Positions 40,721-55,295 of a stretch of 64,000 nucleotides of DNA are shown piece by piece. The translations under genes were made by a program, and so were the position numbers. Each line of letters begins with the position of its first letter. Within the stretch, counting starts at the first letter, position 1. Source of the DNA: the human T2T-CHM13v2.0 reference genome, Homo sapiens; the NCBI RefSeq assembly GCF_009914755.1, contig NC_060927.1; one strand, given 5' to 3'. The notes beneath the pieces are model-generated. The model had not been told where the DNA came from. It was given only the letters and a program-made list of their open reading frames with translations, and did not search any database.

Positions 40721-43603
40721 CTATGCACACATTTCTTGAGGTGTAGGGCTCTGCAAAACACTTAGAGTTGACCCATTTCAAATATGTTAGCCGCACATGA
40801 TTCCCGGCCAGGTATGCCAGCGCTGCCCTCTTCTGCATTGCCACGCAGACGCCTACCTTGGTCCAAACACTTGCAGACATATCTTTAGCAAGGTATCTTT
40901 CCTCGTTTTTCCCCAACAAAACTCATGCTGTAGGAATCTCCAACATATACAATGAAAGAGTATTGAGCTGCCATAGATAAATTAAGTACTGTGCTCGGCC
41001 TCCCACTCAGCACCAAGAGGCCAAACAGAATCTAAAACCACTGCTGACACCTAGCACACCAAACCTTTCCAGCCTCTGCAACTGGCATTCTCTGCATGTC
41101 AAAAACCTCTGAATCATTCTGGGTCAAGCACACATGCCTCCTTTCACAAAGGTTCTGCAAACAGGTAGCATCCTGTACCCCGAGTGTGTGCCTGGTACCT
41201 ACTGGTGTACCCCCTTCTCATTGAGAGGTCCTGATGCCTGTGGTGTGAGTCAGTTTGAGTGTGTTAATGGAGTGTTCTGCTTTCAAGGCCAAACTGCATA
41301 AGCAGAGCCCATCCTTTTCCCTTCTTTTGTGCCCAGATGGGAGGAATTTGTGAAACTTGTATTCCAGTGTTAATGCTGAAGTTGGGAAATGGCTCAATCA
41401 AGCAATGGCAGTTTAACTTGAAGAGTGCAAAGGAGAAAAGCAGGGAGAAAACCAACACTGGAAGCAAATCAGAAGGCCAGAAACCTTCATGGGCACTTGC
41501 ACTATTGTTTACAGCCACAATAATCATGTAAGGGAACCCAGCATTTTTCAGAAGTTATTTTGTTCTGTTTTTTTTTTTTTTTTTTCCAAATGTGTGTTTG
41601 TATTGCTTTGTTTAAATATAGGCCTGATTCATTCAGGCTGGGGTCTGAAGATCCCAGGCTTTCAGAACTCAACAAAGCTTTCATCATTTGCAAATAATTC
41701 AACTCAACAAATATCATTTGAGAAAAGCTCTGTGCTAGTGCTTCTTGTAGAGACACAATGAAGGAAAAATCACGGTCCCTGCTCTTTGGAGACAAATAAC
41801 TTAGGGGAAAACACACACACCTCTCAACTCTCACCTAAGGAGTGCTGTGCAAAGTGCTGAAGGAGATGGAGACTCCTCTCCTGGGAAAATCTGCAATTCG
41901 AAACTCAAAAGAAGATGAGGCTAAGGGCCCTCCAGGTGGAGGAACAGCCTGAGTAAATGCCTAGAAAGGAATGGCACATAGTAGGCACTTGCAATCAAAG
42001 CTTTGCTAAATGAATGCATGTTGAACATGTTCCAGAAAACTCAAGACCAGAGTAGCACTGAGAAGTAGAGGTGTTTCAGGGCTTCCTTTTAGAAATTTCT
42101 TATACTGAAGGTTTCAGAATGCTAGGAGGGACCAGGGAGATGGTTTATTCCAACTGCTTTCTTTTGAAAACGAAGAAACCAAAAACCCAAGCTTACATGC
42201 TAGGGCCAGAAATGAGATGAGAACTCAGAACTGTTCCAGAAGGTAATCACTTTGAATTTAAATGCCTACTCTTCTGATCTCAATTTAAGGAACTAAAACA
42301 AAATCAGCAGTACTGTTTGCTAGTTTTCTGTGAATCATTCAGACCCTGGAGAAGCCAGCTTCACTTTTGAAAGCTGAGCTGATCCACTTACAACTGTGTG
42401 GCTAGGTTCCCGTTACTGAGTCTCAGTCTTCACAACTGTAATACAGGAAAAACAACAGTAGCTATCGTACAGCGTAGTTGTAAAGATTCAGTGAGATCAT
42501 GTACAAAAACAGCTCTTAACAAGGTCATCAGTGACCTTCACTTTGCCAAACTCAATGGACATTTTTTGTCCCCATCTCACTAGACCTCTGGGCAGTGGCA
42601 TCTGGCACAAAGGGGCTGCTCCTTCCCCAAAACACCCCGGCACCGGCTCCTGGGATAGCCTTCTTTCCTGCTATTCTTTCTTTCTGGATGTTCCTCGGTC
42701 TCCATTGCCAAGTCCTCTTCTATCCAATTTCTAAATGTTGGCAAACTGCAAGAGCTCAATTCTATATCCTCTTATCTTCCCCAGCGACACACTTTTCTCA
42801 TTGAACCCATTCAGCCCCTCCGCTTTACACACCATCCAAATGTTGCTGGCACACACTTTTATATCCCTAGCTCCCACTTCTCCGCTGGTTGTCAGACTCA
42901 AATATCAAACTACCTGCTTGAGATCTCCATGTGGAAGTCATAGAAGAGTCTCAACCCAATATGTCAAAAACTGAACTCTCCATTGCCCCATTCCCAAACT
43001 TAGTTTTTCCTCACCTGCTTAAATGGTATTGATACTCAACCATGACTTAAGCCAGAAATCTAAGAGTCATTCACAGCACCTCCTCTCCCCCTCTCCCAAC
43101 ATCTGCCATCAGGTCCTAAATTTCATTTGTGATATATATGTTAACCGTATACGTTTTTCTTTATTTCTACCACCAGCACTGTCTCTCATCTGAATGACGG
43201 CAATCACCTCCTAACTCCACTCCTGTATCTCCACAGTCAGTTCTCTGCCCAGCAACCGCCATGGTGTGTAACAAATGAAACTGATCCCAGTACTCTGTGT
43301 TCCATCCATCAGTGGCTTCCTCTTGTTCATAGAATAAAGGATGAAACCTGAAATACTTCTTCAAACTTCTCCAGGATCTACTCACAAAAATCCTCTGGCA
43401 CAGCTCTCTTCTTCTATCATTTGGCTGCATTTCTACTTGCCTATTTTTCATACTCGGAACAATCATGCTTTTTGTAGAGCCAGGGCCCTCACATGTGTTG
43501 CTCAGGTCTTTAGTCAGCAAACTCTTCTTCCTTAATCTAGTGGTTAAAAGCCCCAGCTCTGGAGTCAAACTGACAGGGGCTGGGTGACTAAAGACAGTCT
43601 TCT

Positions 43604-43733
43604 GGCCAGGCATGGTGGCTCACATCTGTAATCCCAGCACACAGCCTCCCAGGAGGATCACCTGAGCCCAGGAGTTTGAGACCAGTCTGGGCAACGAAGC
43701 AAGACCTATTTGCCAAAAAAGAAAAAGAAAAAA
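43604..43733 (+). mobile_element. FLAM-like Alu monomer
   Basis: ggccaggcatggtggctcac...ggaggatcacctgagcccaggagtttgagacc plus A-rich tail. Confidence 0.85.
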
Positions 43734-44171
<438 letters not shown>

Positions 44172-44427
44172 TCAGTAAACATTATTGTCAAAAATCCCTA
44201 TCATCCTTTAGTTCTCATCTTAAATGTTTCTGCTTAAAGCACTCTCCATTACTCTAACCCTCAGTTTTAATCCATTTTATTTCCTAGTACTAATCTAAAT
44301 TGGTCATCAAATATTGATTTTGAGACTTATTGTCCATTTCTGCCTCTCAAATTACACTCTACAGAACAGGGACTTTGTCTGTGTTTCCTTCAGTCCTGGA
44401 AACCTGGCAGAGGAGCTGAGGAACTGA

Positions 44428-44844
44428 GCTTTACAGGCTGAGTTCTGTGACCCTGTGATTATTATGTTGAAGCCCTCATCCCCAGTACCTCTCAATGTGA
44501 CTTTAATTGGAGGCAGGGGCTTTAAAGAGGAAAGTAAGTTAAAGTGAGACCATCAAGTTAAAATTATGCCCTAATTCAGTCTGTCTGGTGTATGTATAAG
44601 AAGAGAGGGAATTTGGATACACAAAGAGAAACCAGGGGTGTGCATTCGAGAGAAAAGATTGTGTGAAGATAGAGCAAGAAGGTGGCTAGCTGGATGCTCA
44701 CAAGAGGGGCCTCAGGGGAAATCAACTCTGCTGACACCTTGGTCTTTGGCTTCCAGCCTCCAGAACGGTGAGAAAATAAATGTCTTTTGTTTACACCACC
44801 TAATCTGTAGCATTTTTGTTATATCTACCATAAAAACTAATGCA
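44428..44844 (+). mobile_element. MLT1 (B-like) MaLR solo LTR
   Basis: tatgttgaagccctcatccccagtacctc...ctgctgacaccttg...ttccagcctccagaacggtgagaaaataaat. Confidence 0.82.
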
Positions 44845-46899
44845 GTCAGTAAAGACTGATGAGTGAATGGATGAATGTGTCAACCCAGTGCTCAGCACAA
44901 GGTAAGTATGCACAAAGGTTGACTCCTATTCCTGAAATAATGATGATGAATGTAATAACATCTCAGGAGCAAATCTAACCAATGCACATTGACCAAGTCA
45001 CTGAGAAAAATATGTCTCAGTGGCACTTACAGTGCTTTTCACCTGTAATACTGAAGTGAAATGTGATTAGCTATGAAGATCTGAGACCTTCCTTTAGGAG
45101 CCAGCACATACTACTCTATGACTTCTGTTTACTTAATTTGTACATGTTGGAACTTGACTGTTTTATGGTAGACTCTTGGCTATACAACATGGAACACTAG
45201 ACATTTCCATACTCAGTAAACAAATATTTCTCAGACATGACAGCAAAACTAGAAATGAGAATATTAGATTAATACTTCCAAAATAACAGCCTCATCGTTT
45301 TAATCAACATGTCCTTGAACACGTTTGAATGTGTGTGTAACTGTGTGGGAATGTGAGCTACATGTGTATTTTTCCACTGAAGGTGACCATACCATATGCA
45401 AGAGCAGGATCTCAAATTAGATATTCAGCATAGGTAGCCATATTATCCACATCTACCAACTGTCTTCAAATTAAAGCCCTTCTCTAGCTGGAACATGTAT
45501 CTGTCACTGGAAAGTAGGCAGTGTTGAAAATCATGACAAAATTGGCACATATCTTGATAGTTGCATCATCTTTTCTGTGGCAGTCCCCAGTAATAGAGCT
45601 TCATCTAATTCAGCAAACTATTAGCTCATAATAAGAAACAGCATGTGTATTGATTCTTTTAATAGATCTTGGAATTAATACACATGATTCCTATAAAAGG
45701 ACTGTATAAAAAAAATCACCAAGTTGATTATTGCACAATGAGGTCTCACTCAAATGGCATAGGCTACGGCAGAAAGGTAGGCAATTCCTCTTTTGAAAAA
45801 AACTCTCCATCTTACAGACTGATTCTCTCCTGAGGAAGAAAAAATATAATGAAGTGCTATAATTAGGTATCTCACATGTAAGGGAAGATAACAAAATCAG
45901 GAACAGCAAATAGGTTTTTACTGAGTGTCAACTCCATTCAATTAGCTGCAGCTACCTAGAGGGTTGTATTAAGAAGCCCAAGGTCGACAGTAAACAATGC
46001 CTTGGTGAAATAATGATGTTGGCTAGGGTTGCAAAATGATGAGTAGATGGCCGCTATGTAATTTCTACTCTGAAACAGATGTCACTAAAGTCTCTTCCGG
46101 GGCCAACCTTCTATGACTCTCTCCTTTTTTCTCCTCTTCCCTCACTCTTGCTCTTGGAGTTGGGATGAATAAGTTAGCATCTCCTGAGAATCCCAACTTT
46201 CTCCTCTTATATAAAGTGGTCAGGCTCAGTTTTCAGTATCAGGATTCAAAGCAGCAACCTCTGTCATTACAATCATGTGTCGCTTTGGTATAGGCATTGA
46301 AAAGCTGTACCAGGGTGCTGACTGTCACTTAAGTAATTAGACTAAACTATAATAAACAAGAAGAGATCACTGCTGGAGACCCACATTTGTTAATGACCTC
46401 CAGGGTCCTCTCCCCTGGCAAGAGATAGACAGATGAGGTACCAGGAGTGCAGGCCTCCTTGCACGTATAATGACAACAGCCAGACAACAATGCAACAAAA
46501 ATGGTCCCATGTCCTGTTCTGTGTGTATAGGGAGAGTGATGACAATCATCATTACCACCAGAACTACCAAATTTCCTCTCCAGTTCTTTGATGCTTCTCA
46601 ATCATTGTCGGAGCTACCCTTTAAAGATGTCTCACCATGAACAGTTACTATGACAAGATACTAAGAAGAGAGTGTTTCATTTAACCCCTTCCATCACTAC
46701 CCCTATGAGACATGATTGCCTTTACTTGACAGGAAAATGAGGTTCAGGGAGGTTAAATGTATGTAGAAGATTTTAGCAAGAATATTCTGACTTGAAATCT
46801 ATGTTCTTAATGATTTAGGATACCAGCTCACAACTCAAAGCATGAAGCATGTGGCAATACTATAGGAGGTAAGAGATCTCATGACAGGAAACTCGGGTT

Positions 46900-47960
46900 A
46901 TTCATTCATTCATCCATCTAGTCATTCATCCATGCATATATCCATCTCTCCACTCAGTCACTGTGTCAACAGATATTTACCATGTAACTATCTCTGTACT
47001 TGGTACTGGGGCAGAGGTGAGCAAAACAGATAAAGCCCCTGGCCTCACAGTGTTCACAGTCTAATGAAAGCACAAACATCAATCAGTGACATTACTGTGC
47101 AATCACAAATTGAGATAATACTTGAAAGGAAAGTAATGGGAGCCTATGACAAAGATCTGGATTTGGGGTAGGGTCAGATTTAAGAAAATGAGACCTGAGA
47201 GCTGAACTGATAGGCAAGTTGACATTAATTAGGTGGAAGGCAGGTGAAAGAATGGGGCTAGAGAACTAATAAGGAGATAATAACATATGTAGAGGTTCAT
47301 GGAGGAAGGCAATATAAAGTATTCAAGGAGCTATGAGCCAGAGCACATCGAACAGGTCAATGAGGGAAAGAGTGGTATGAGAAAAACCTGGAAAGGCAGA
47401 GAGGAGGTGGACCATATTAAGGTGCATAGGGTGGCAGTGGAAACCACTGAAAAATTTGAGAGAGAGGAAGACAGTGGGTGGAAGAAAGGGGACAACTGTG
47501 ATTGTTCAGACTTCAGTGACCACAAACAATACAGGGAGCATGGTGAGATCAGAATGGAGATGCAGCAACCTGTAACAGGTCACTTAGTTCAGATCAGAGA
47601 CACTTGGTAGCTTTGATTAGGTGATGGTGGTAGAGATGAGCAGAAATGGATGGATTTAAGAAATATTGTGGGGTAAAATCTAAAGCACTTACTGATAAAT
47701 TGGATTTGGGAAGATGAGGAAGCAGGAGGCAAGGATAATCCCTAGATTTCTGACCTGACCAGATAGATGTTGCTACTCACTGGCTGGCAACTTCACAAGG
47801 TGGCCTTGTTGACTTTGGAATACCTTTTGGGCATCCTAGTGGAGTGGCCTAAAAGGGAGTTAGGTTTTACATGTTAGGAGTTCAGAAAAGAGGTCTGGGG
47901 TGGAGACATTATCTTGACAGTCAGTTTTATAGCTAGAAATGGTTGAGGCTTTGGGATAGA
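46900..47960 (-). mobile_element. L2 fragment
   Basis: ttcattcattcatcc tail, aacagatatttac, gtgagcaaaacagataaagcccctggcctca, aggagttcagaaaagaggtctggg. Confidence 0.75.
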
Positions 47961-48792
47961 TAGAGAAGGGGTACTTTGGAAAACAATGTTCATGGAAAGC
48001 AATAAACATTCTCGTCAATCACTATATTCTTCTAATACACTTCTTCCTTTTGTTATGAGCATCTGCATCTTTCTTCCTCTTGCGTTTCAATAAAAGCTTC
48101 TATTTTTAATTACACTTCCCTTGGTTCTAATTTTTAAAAGTATTTTGTATATCTGTTTTATACTATGTATCCCTATAACCACTCCAACTTTTGTAGAATG
48201 AGGAGAGAGGACCAATTACTAGTTTTCAGAAGATCCACATGAGACTCCAAATGGTCAAATTATCCTGACAGCGAACCCAGCAAGGAATAGATTAAATTTG
48301 AATAGTGCACTCAAAAGGACTATCTTTGAGACTCTAAGACGATTCTTGATTCATTCATTTCGTGAAAGCCAAAATGTCCGAAAGTGGTTTGCGGATGAGG
48401 GGACTGAATCGTGAATTTGAGGCCTAAAGAATTTCCCAATGTTCAGCCTTATGGTGGATTAAATTTACCATGACTAATTGGAGGATTCAAAGCTGTTAGG
48501 AACACTAGCTATTAGGGCCATTTTTCTCATCTTCGATCTTACTGCTTGATTGATTCATAGCTGGAACTGCTAGGCCGTTATGGAAATGGAAATGCAGAGA
48601 TGAAGCAGTTCCCAATGTCAAAAACTTCCAGGGACATGTAAATACAATACACGTACCAAGTAATGAGTTTAATTACTTAATTATTAGATACTGAGCACTA
48701 AAATTTAACTAACACCTGGTTCCATAAGGAAAAAAATACTTCATTTCGCTGTACTTATAGCTCTTTATTATGCCTTTTGAATTATCTGAAAT

Positions 48793-49226
48793 CCACTGAT
48801 GTACGGGTAAAAAACTCCTGCAGCTAGCTCAGTGTCTGTCCAAATGGCCACCCAGTTTTGTGCTTGAAATCCAGGACCCCACTGGTGTAGGCATCTGTGG
48901 GGAATCTCCTGGTCTGTGGGTTGTGAAGACCATGGGAAAAGCGTGGTATCTGGGCTGGAGCGCACCATTCCTCAAGGCACGGTCCCACATGGCTTCCCTT
49001 GGCTAGGGGAGGGAGTTCCCTGACCCCTTGTGCTTCCCAAGTGAGGCGACACCCCACCCTGCTTCCCCTCGCCCCCTGTGGGCTGCACCCACTGTCTAAC
49101 CAGTCCCAGTGAGATGAGCCAGGTACCTCAGTTGGAAATGCAGAAAGCACCTGCCTTCTGCATTGATCTCGCTGGAAGCTGTAGCCCAGAGCTGTTCCTA
49201 TTCGGCCATCTTGACAGCCACCACCC
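48793..49226 (-). mobile_element. Isolated 5' end (about 430 bp of 5'UTR) of an L1PA7/8-like element
   Basis: Minus strand starts ...CAAGATGGCCGAATAGGAACAGCTCTGG...TGCTTTCTGCATTTCCAACTGAGGTACC, the canonical L1PA promoter start. No ORF1/ORF2 sequence follows. Confidence 0.88.
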
Positions 49227-50318
49227 CATTTTTCAATTTTTTTTATGACAGGCTAACTGTGGGCTTCCTAAGAGACATGAGAGTAGTATCCTTCCCCTAC
49301 AATCCTCAGGCCTAGCATGGTGTCTGGCATATAACAAATAAATCAATGCAGCCTCTCAAGGAATCCTCAAAATACAGCAGAATCATTCTAGAAAACAATT
49401 CATTTCGATTAAAGAAATGAACACCATAGAGATGTTCCATTGGAAGACTTTTGAACCAAAACATTTAATTCGCCAGTCCTGACCATATCTATAACAAAAG
49501 GAACTATGTCTTTAACGTATTTTTCTTGAAAGCCAGTTCATATGGTTGAGAGAGCTTATAAGGAATACTAAAATAGGGAATATAATCAGCCTTCTGTTTT
49601 TGAGCAAAAGTGCTGTCAACTAGAGATGGGGCTCTTGGAAAATACTTTATACTGCCTGTTCTCAGTTTTTTTCTTCTTAAGAGCTACTTCATTTCATTGT
49701 TCAAAGTTTAGTGAGAGCCAAAAGAAAATACAATCTATTTACAATAAACCTATACTTTCCAGAATCACCTTAAATTATTTCTGCTAACTCTAAGCATAAA
49801 TCAAAAGTTCTGAAAAGCAGAATGGCCTAAAGAGGAAATATGTCATTTGTGTAGTTTTGGGAGGGGAGGGAGTCTGTTAGGAAAGATAAATTATTATTGT
49901 CCTAAGCAAAAGGACAGCTAATGAATTCCTAAATGACAGGGTTTAATCCTCAGGCTTGTTGACTACAAGGTTATAGAGCTTTCTTCCTTTCCATTGTTAA
50001 GGAGATATTTAAATGTAAACATCTTTTCTAACCTTGGAAGGAAACTGATGGAAAACAGTGAGTATTTTCTTGGTGCAATTTAAATATTAAATTCAAACTT
50101 AAAGCAATTGTTCACACATGCATTTGCTAGCTCAAGAACACAAACATAATCTGTGGGAATAAGAATCACAATAAATGAAATAATAATAGAACAACTGAAT
50201 CCATCAATTTTTCTAGCATATATACACTAAGCAAATAGTTTGCACTTTGCATAGGATTCAGCATTGCCAATATTTTATTTCTAATAAGCCAGGTATAATA
50301 AGAAAAGCAAAATGTATT

Positions 50319-50664
<346 letters not shown>

Positions 50665-50807
50665 TTAGTCTTAAATATTTTCTGGTTTTAAATTGAGTCG
50701 AAAACTCATGGCTCAAGTTCATTTAAAGTCCAAGTCTGAATTCTAAAGGTTAAATGCTAGTACCGTTAGTTCCTCAAATTATTCACTTGTTTTTTATTTT
50801 TGTTACA

Positions 50808-50851
50808 TGAGAGAGAGAAGGAGGAGGAGAGAGAGAGAGAGACAGAAAGAG
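50808..50851. repeat. GA-rich microsatellite
   Basis: gagagagagaaggaggaggagagagagagagagacagaaagaga. Confidence 0.85.
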
Positions 50852-53758
50852 ATATCACAGAATTAGAACTTGAATCTCATTCAGTGGATAGGGATGAGAA
50901 GAAAAATGAACATTCACAGAGCGCCTAACATGTTTCACGTATCCAAGTATCACATCAGGAACTTTCATACTTATGATTTCATTTATTCCTAAAAATTAAG
51001 TAACTAAGTTTCAGAAAAATAGAGTGACTTGCTAAAGATAATTCAGTGACTGAGTGGTGGAATCCCAGTTTTGAAGATAGAGCTCTTTGACTCCAAGAAG
51101 AATTCTCAATCCATAAAGCTTTACTACAAATTAGGGAAAATGGCTTATCTTTAAAATAGCGTGTGAATAAATAAATGAGTAAAGTTTCCATGGGGACATA
51201 GGCAGCAAATTAACAGAACACAATTTAAAATGTTGGATGTAAACTAATAAACAGATGCATGTCACTAAAACGTCACATTTTTCATCGTAACAGTGTATTA
51301 TCTGTTGGCAAAGACCTCAGTAAAGCTGTTTTTATACAACAGAAGCACAGCTGGCTAAAAACAGAACAAATGTGGTCAACCAACTAAAATTTTCAATTCG
51401 TTCAATGCCAAGAATCTGCATGGAATGACATTTTAAATAAAACAACCTGAAAGTAAGCTGACCCATAACAATTTGGTTTTTATCTTTAATAACTTTAAAT
51501 TTTTGGTTAATGTCTCTATAAACAGCCTACATATTATTCAGGGTAAAGGCTCAAATATATTATACTAAAATTGCTTTTAGACCCAGAAAATTCCTTTGCA
51601 TGGAGGTATGAAAAAGGAACATTTGAAATTAGCTTGAAATTTGGGTGTATTTCAGATATGACATGCCATTCACATTCATGTGTTTCCATTCCCCATGAAC
51701 AATGGGCTGCGTGGGCCAGTATCAATCATCTATTAATCCAGAACTTTCCATACTACCTATTAGTTAATAAAGTACATTGACATCCATTACCCCATGTGAT
51801 GGGATATTTAACACACTTCCAGAACATAGAATAAAAATAAAGGGGTTTATACTTTACCTAGAAGGCTAGTGACTTAAGAATTTTGGTGGGAAGTTTCATC
51901 CACTAGAGGAAAAGTCTTATGATTATGTGGAAATTATTTATCACATGCCCCCAACAAACCCCACAACATCACAATAGACAAATAGTGGTGCTCAAATAGT
52001 GAACATTATGGAAATAAGGGAGAACATACATCTCTACCCATTCCCAATAGTTTTGAACTTAGGTATTTATAAAATTAATTTCATGATGCTGCACATAAAT
52101 CTTAATTCTAATGTGCATAAACAGAAAAAAGCAAGTTGTATAATTATTCTGTGTTATTATTTTTAAAAGCCCTATATATCAAACCAAAACAAATCAATAT
52201 AATGCCACCAATGTGAATATCATTAGGCTCAGCATCTTAAACTCAGCATGATATCCATCGGGCCATAAATTTGAAGGAAAATATTCAATACCAGTTTCAT
52301 AAATCATATTAACATTAGGAGAAAATCTATTATAGCACAAAGTCTTATTCAAGGGAAAATCATGTTCATAGGAATTAAACAAACAAAAAAACACTTGTGG
52401 CCCTCTGCTCTATTATCCTTAAATTTTAGGAAATAACTAATTATAGGAGAGTTTTCAGTCATGTAAATCAGAGAGTTAGCAAAACAATGGTTATATTATG
52501 ACAGCAATCAATAATAGCATGCATTTTTATTAAAACATTACTTTCTAAATTTGTAGGGCTTTAAATTGTCTAGCAGAACACAGCTTGAAGTATGATATAT
52601 GGATGGAGGTGCATAGAAAATATAGTGTATGGGAAATACAGACTCCACTCAGGAGATATATCTGATTTAAACACATGCATATATATGTGACAATATATAT
52701 CTAATTATATACTAAATCTCACAGAACTACATAAATATCTTCTTGCTTGCTTTCTACAGTTTCTTTAAGAAAATATTATTTAAGAGGTGACAAGTTTCTT
52801 GTTGTTGTTGAGCAAGTTGAATTACTTAGTTTCTTGCAGAACTGTGTCTTCTTCCAGCTAGAGTGTAAAATCACTTGGAATCATAACATATTCAAAGAGT
52901 TTTGTCTTAACAAATCCATGAGTGATCAACTTCCTTCCATCCTCAACAAAGCTGAGAGGTAGACCTTGCCAGTTCTAACCTAGCACTGGAGTTTAGGTTT
53001 ATTAGATTTAGCCAGAACCTTCAAGTGATTCTTGAAATGAACTTTTTAAAGAGAATTAATTAAGCCCAATTTCTAGCCTACATGATTCCCATGACTATAC
53101 ATTTATATTAGAATTGATATTCAAAACTAACTATAAATATTTAAAATCCTTTTATCAACAAATGAAACTAGATCAGCACAGAGAAAGTTGAACTCAACTT
53201 CTAATTTCCTCCTCTTGGCTCTATCAAACAAGAGCAAATCAAACTGGCTGCTAAGAGAACTGATGACCAAGACAGACTGGGAAATGAGACTTCTAGGGAG
53301 TATGTCACCGTCTTAAAGGCCTTTCTAGACTGGATGAATAGAAATAACTGGCAGATAAAACTGATAAACTGATTTGAAAACATCTAAGTAAACATGGCCA
53401 CATGCAAAGGTATCCAGAGAAAGATAATTCTAGAATTTGCAGATAAAACTGCTGAATTGCTTTTTGGAGCCTGTGAAGAATTACAGCAGAGGTATTCTAA
53501 CAAAGCAGAGGTATTCAAACAAATAAGACTCTTAGTATTCAACCTCCCATTGGGCAAAAACTAGAAGCTGGCACCCAAGAGAGAAAGCACCTCTTTCTTG
53601 TCCCCCAAGCATGTGGCTTGGACTGGATTTTACCCCAAGTCCCACTGTAGCCAGAAACTTTCATGTAGGGCATAACCTGTGCAACTCACATATGGTTGTC
53701 CTGGATCTAAATACTGTATAAGAATAAATATCTCTTTATCAAAAGAACTAACTACAGC

Positions 53759-54924
53759 TAGCCATGTGTTACTTAACAATGGGGATACATGCTGAGAAGT
53801 ATACTAGTATATTTCACCCTTGTGCAAACATCATAGAGTGTACTCATACAAACCTAGATGGTACAGCTCTCTGCACAGCTAGGCTATATGCTATACCCTT
53901 CAGCTCCTAGGTTACAAAGGTATAGAGCATGTTACTCACTTAATACTGTAGTTAATGGTAACATAATGATAAGTATTCATGTATCTAAATAAATATAGAA
54001 AAGATACAGTAAAACTATGGTATAAAAGATAAGAAATATGGTATTCCTATATAGGGCACTTACCATGAATGGAGCTTGTTGGATTGGAAGTTGCTTTGGG
54101 TGAGTCAGTGAGTAAGGGGTGACTGAATTTGAAGGCCTGGGGCATTACTGTACATTTCTATAGACTTTCTGTACACTGTATACTTAGGCTATACTAAATG
54201 AATCTTCTAAATTTATGTAATAAATTAATCAGCTTACTGGAACTTTTTAACTTTATCAACTTTAATTTTCTTAACTTTTTGACTTTTGTAATAACATGTA
54301 GCTTAAAACACAAATACACTGTACAGGTATACAAAAATATTTTCTTTCTTTATTCTATTTTTAAAACCTTTTATTTTTTACTTTTTACACTTTTGTGTTA
54401 AAAACCAACACACACACACACACATTAGTCTAGGTCTACACAAGGTCAGGATCATCAGTATCACTCTCTTCTATGTCCACATCTTGTCCCACTGAAAGGC
54501 CTTCAGGGGCACTCACCATGGAGCCTTCTTCTCCTATGATAACAATGCATTCTTCTGCAATAGTCCCTGAAGGACCTGCTTGAAGCGGTTTTAAAGTTAT
54601 CTTTTTAAAAAAATAATAAATACACTCTAAAATAACAATAAAAAAGTATAGTATAGTAAGGGTACAAACTAGTAACATAGTCGTTTATTATCAAGTATTA
54701 TGTACTGAACATAACTGTACGTGTGATACTTTTATACGACTGGCAGCATAGCTTTGTTTACACCAGCACTGCTATGAACAAGGGAATAATGCAATGGACT
54801 ACAACGTAAAGACAGCTACGACATTGCAAGGCAGTAGGAAATTTTCAGCTCCATTATAATCTTATAGGGCCACCTTCATACATGCGGTCTGTGGTTGACT
54901 GAAATTTTATGCAGTGCATGACTA
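53759..54924 (+). mobile_element. Tigger3b-like (Golem) TcMar DNA transposon, about 1.17 kb
   Basis: Start gccatgtgttacttaacaatggggatacatgctgagaa, internal aacatcatagagtgtactcatacaaacctagatgg, end ttatgcagtgcatgact. Confidence 0.85.
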
Positions 54925-55139
54925 CTATAACCTTACAAGCTTGATAAAAGGCAGGTAAAATTCTAAAATGCACTGTTTCAGAAGGGTTGGTGGAAGCTTG
55001 GCAAAGGTGTTCACGAAGAGCCAGCATGGCTCCCAAAGGCACCTCAGTTTCTATGTTTGTTGGATAAGCCCAGTAGATCCAAAGAATGCTACAAAATACA
55101 ACATATAGTATATAAAGCTACCATAATTCTGCTTTAGGG

Positions 55140-55295
55140 GAGGATGGAGAAGAAAAGATTAGATGAACAAAGGAAGAAAAGAGTGAAGAAAATGAAGAAA
55201 AGGAGAAGGAAGAAGAAAGACTAAGAAACATAAAAGAAAAAAGAATGGAGAAAAGATATCTTAGAAAATGGAAAATGAAGGAATTAAGAAGAATC
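55140..55295. repeat. Purine-rich (GA) low-complexity tract
   Basis: ggagaagaaaag...gaagaaaaggagaaggaagaagaaag. Confidence 0.8.

Noticed and set aside
40163-40919. Overlapping 79-131-aa ORFs and a possible integrase HHCC zinc finger upstream of the Gypsy-like core
   Set aside because: The ORFs mostly arise from the TG/TC low-complexity tract, and I could not see a convincing HHCC pattern.
51900-53200. AT-rich block as the FRA3B fragility core
   Set aside because: AT-rich but with no long (AT)n runs. The fragile core is generally placed around exon 5, outside this window.
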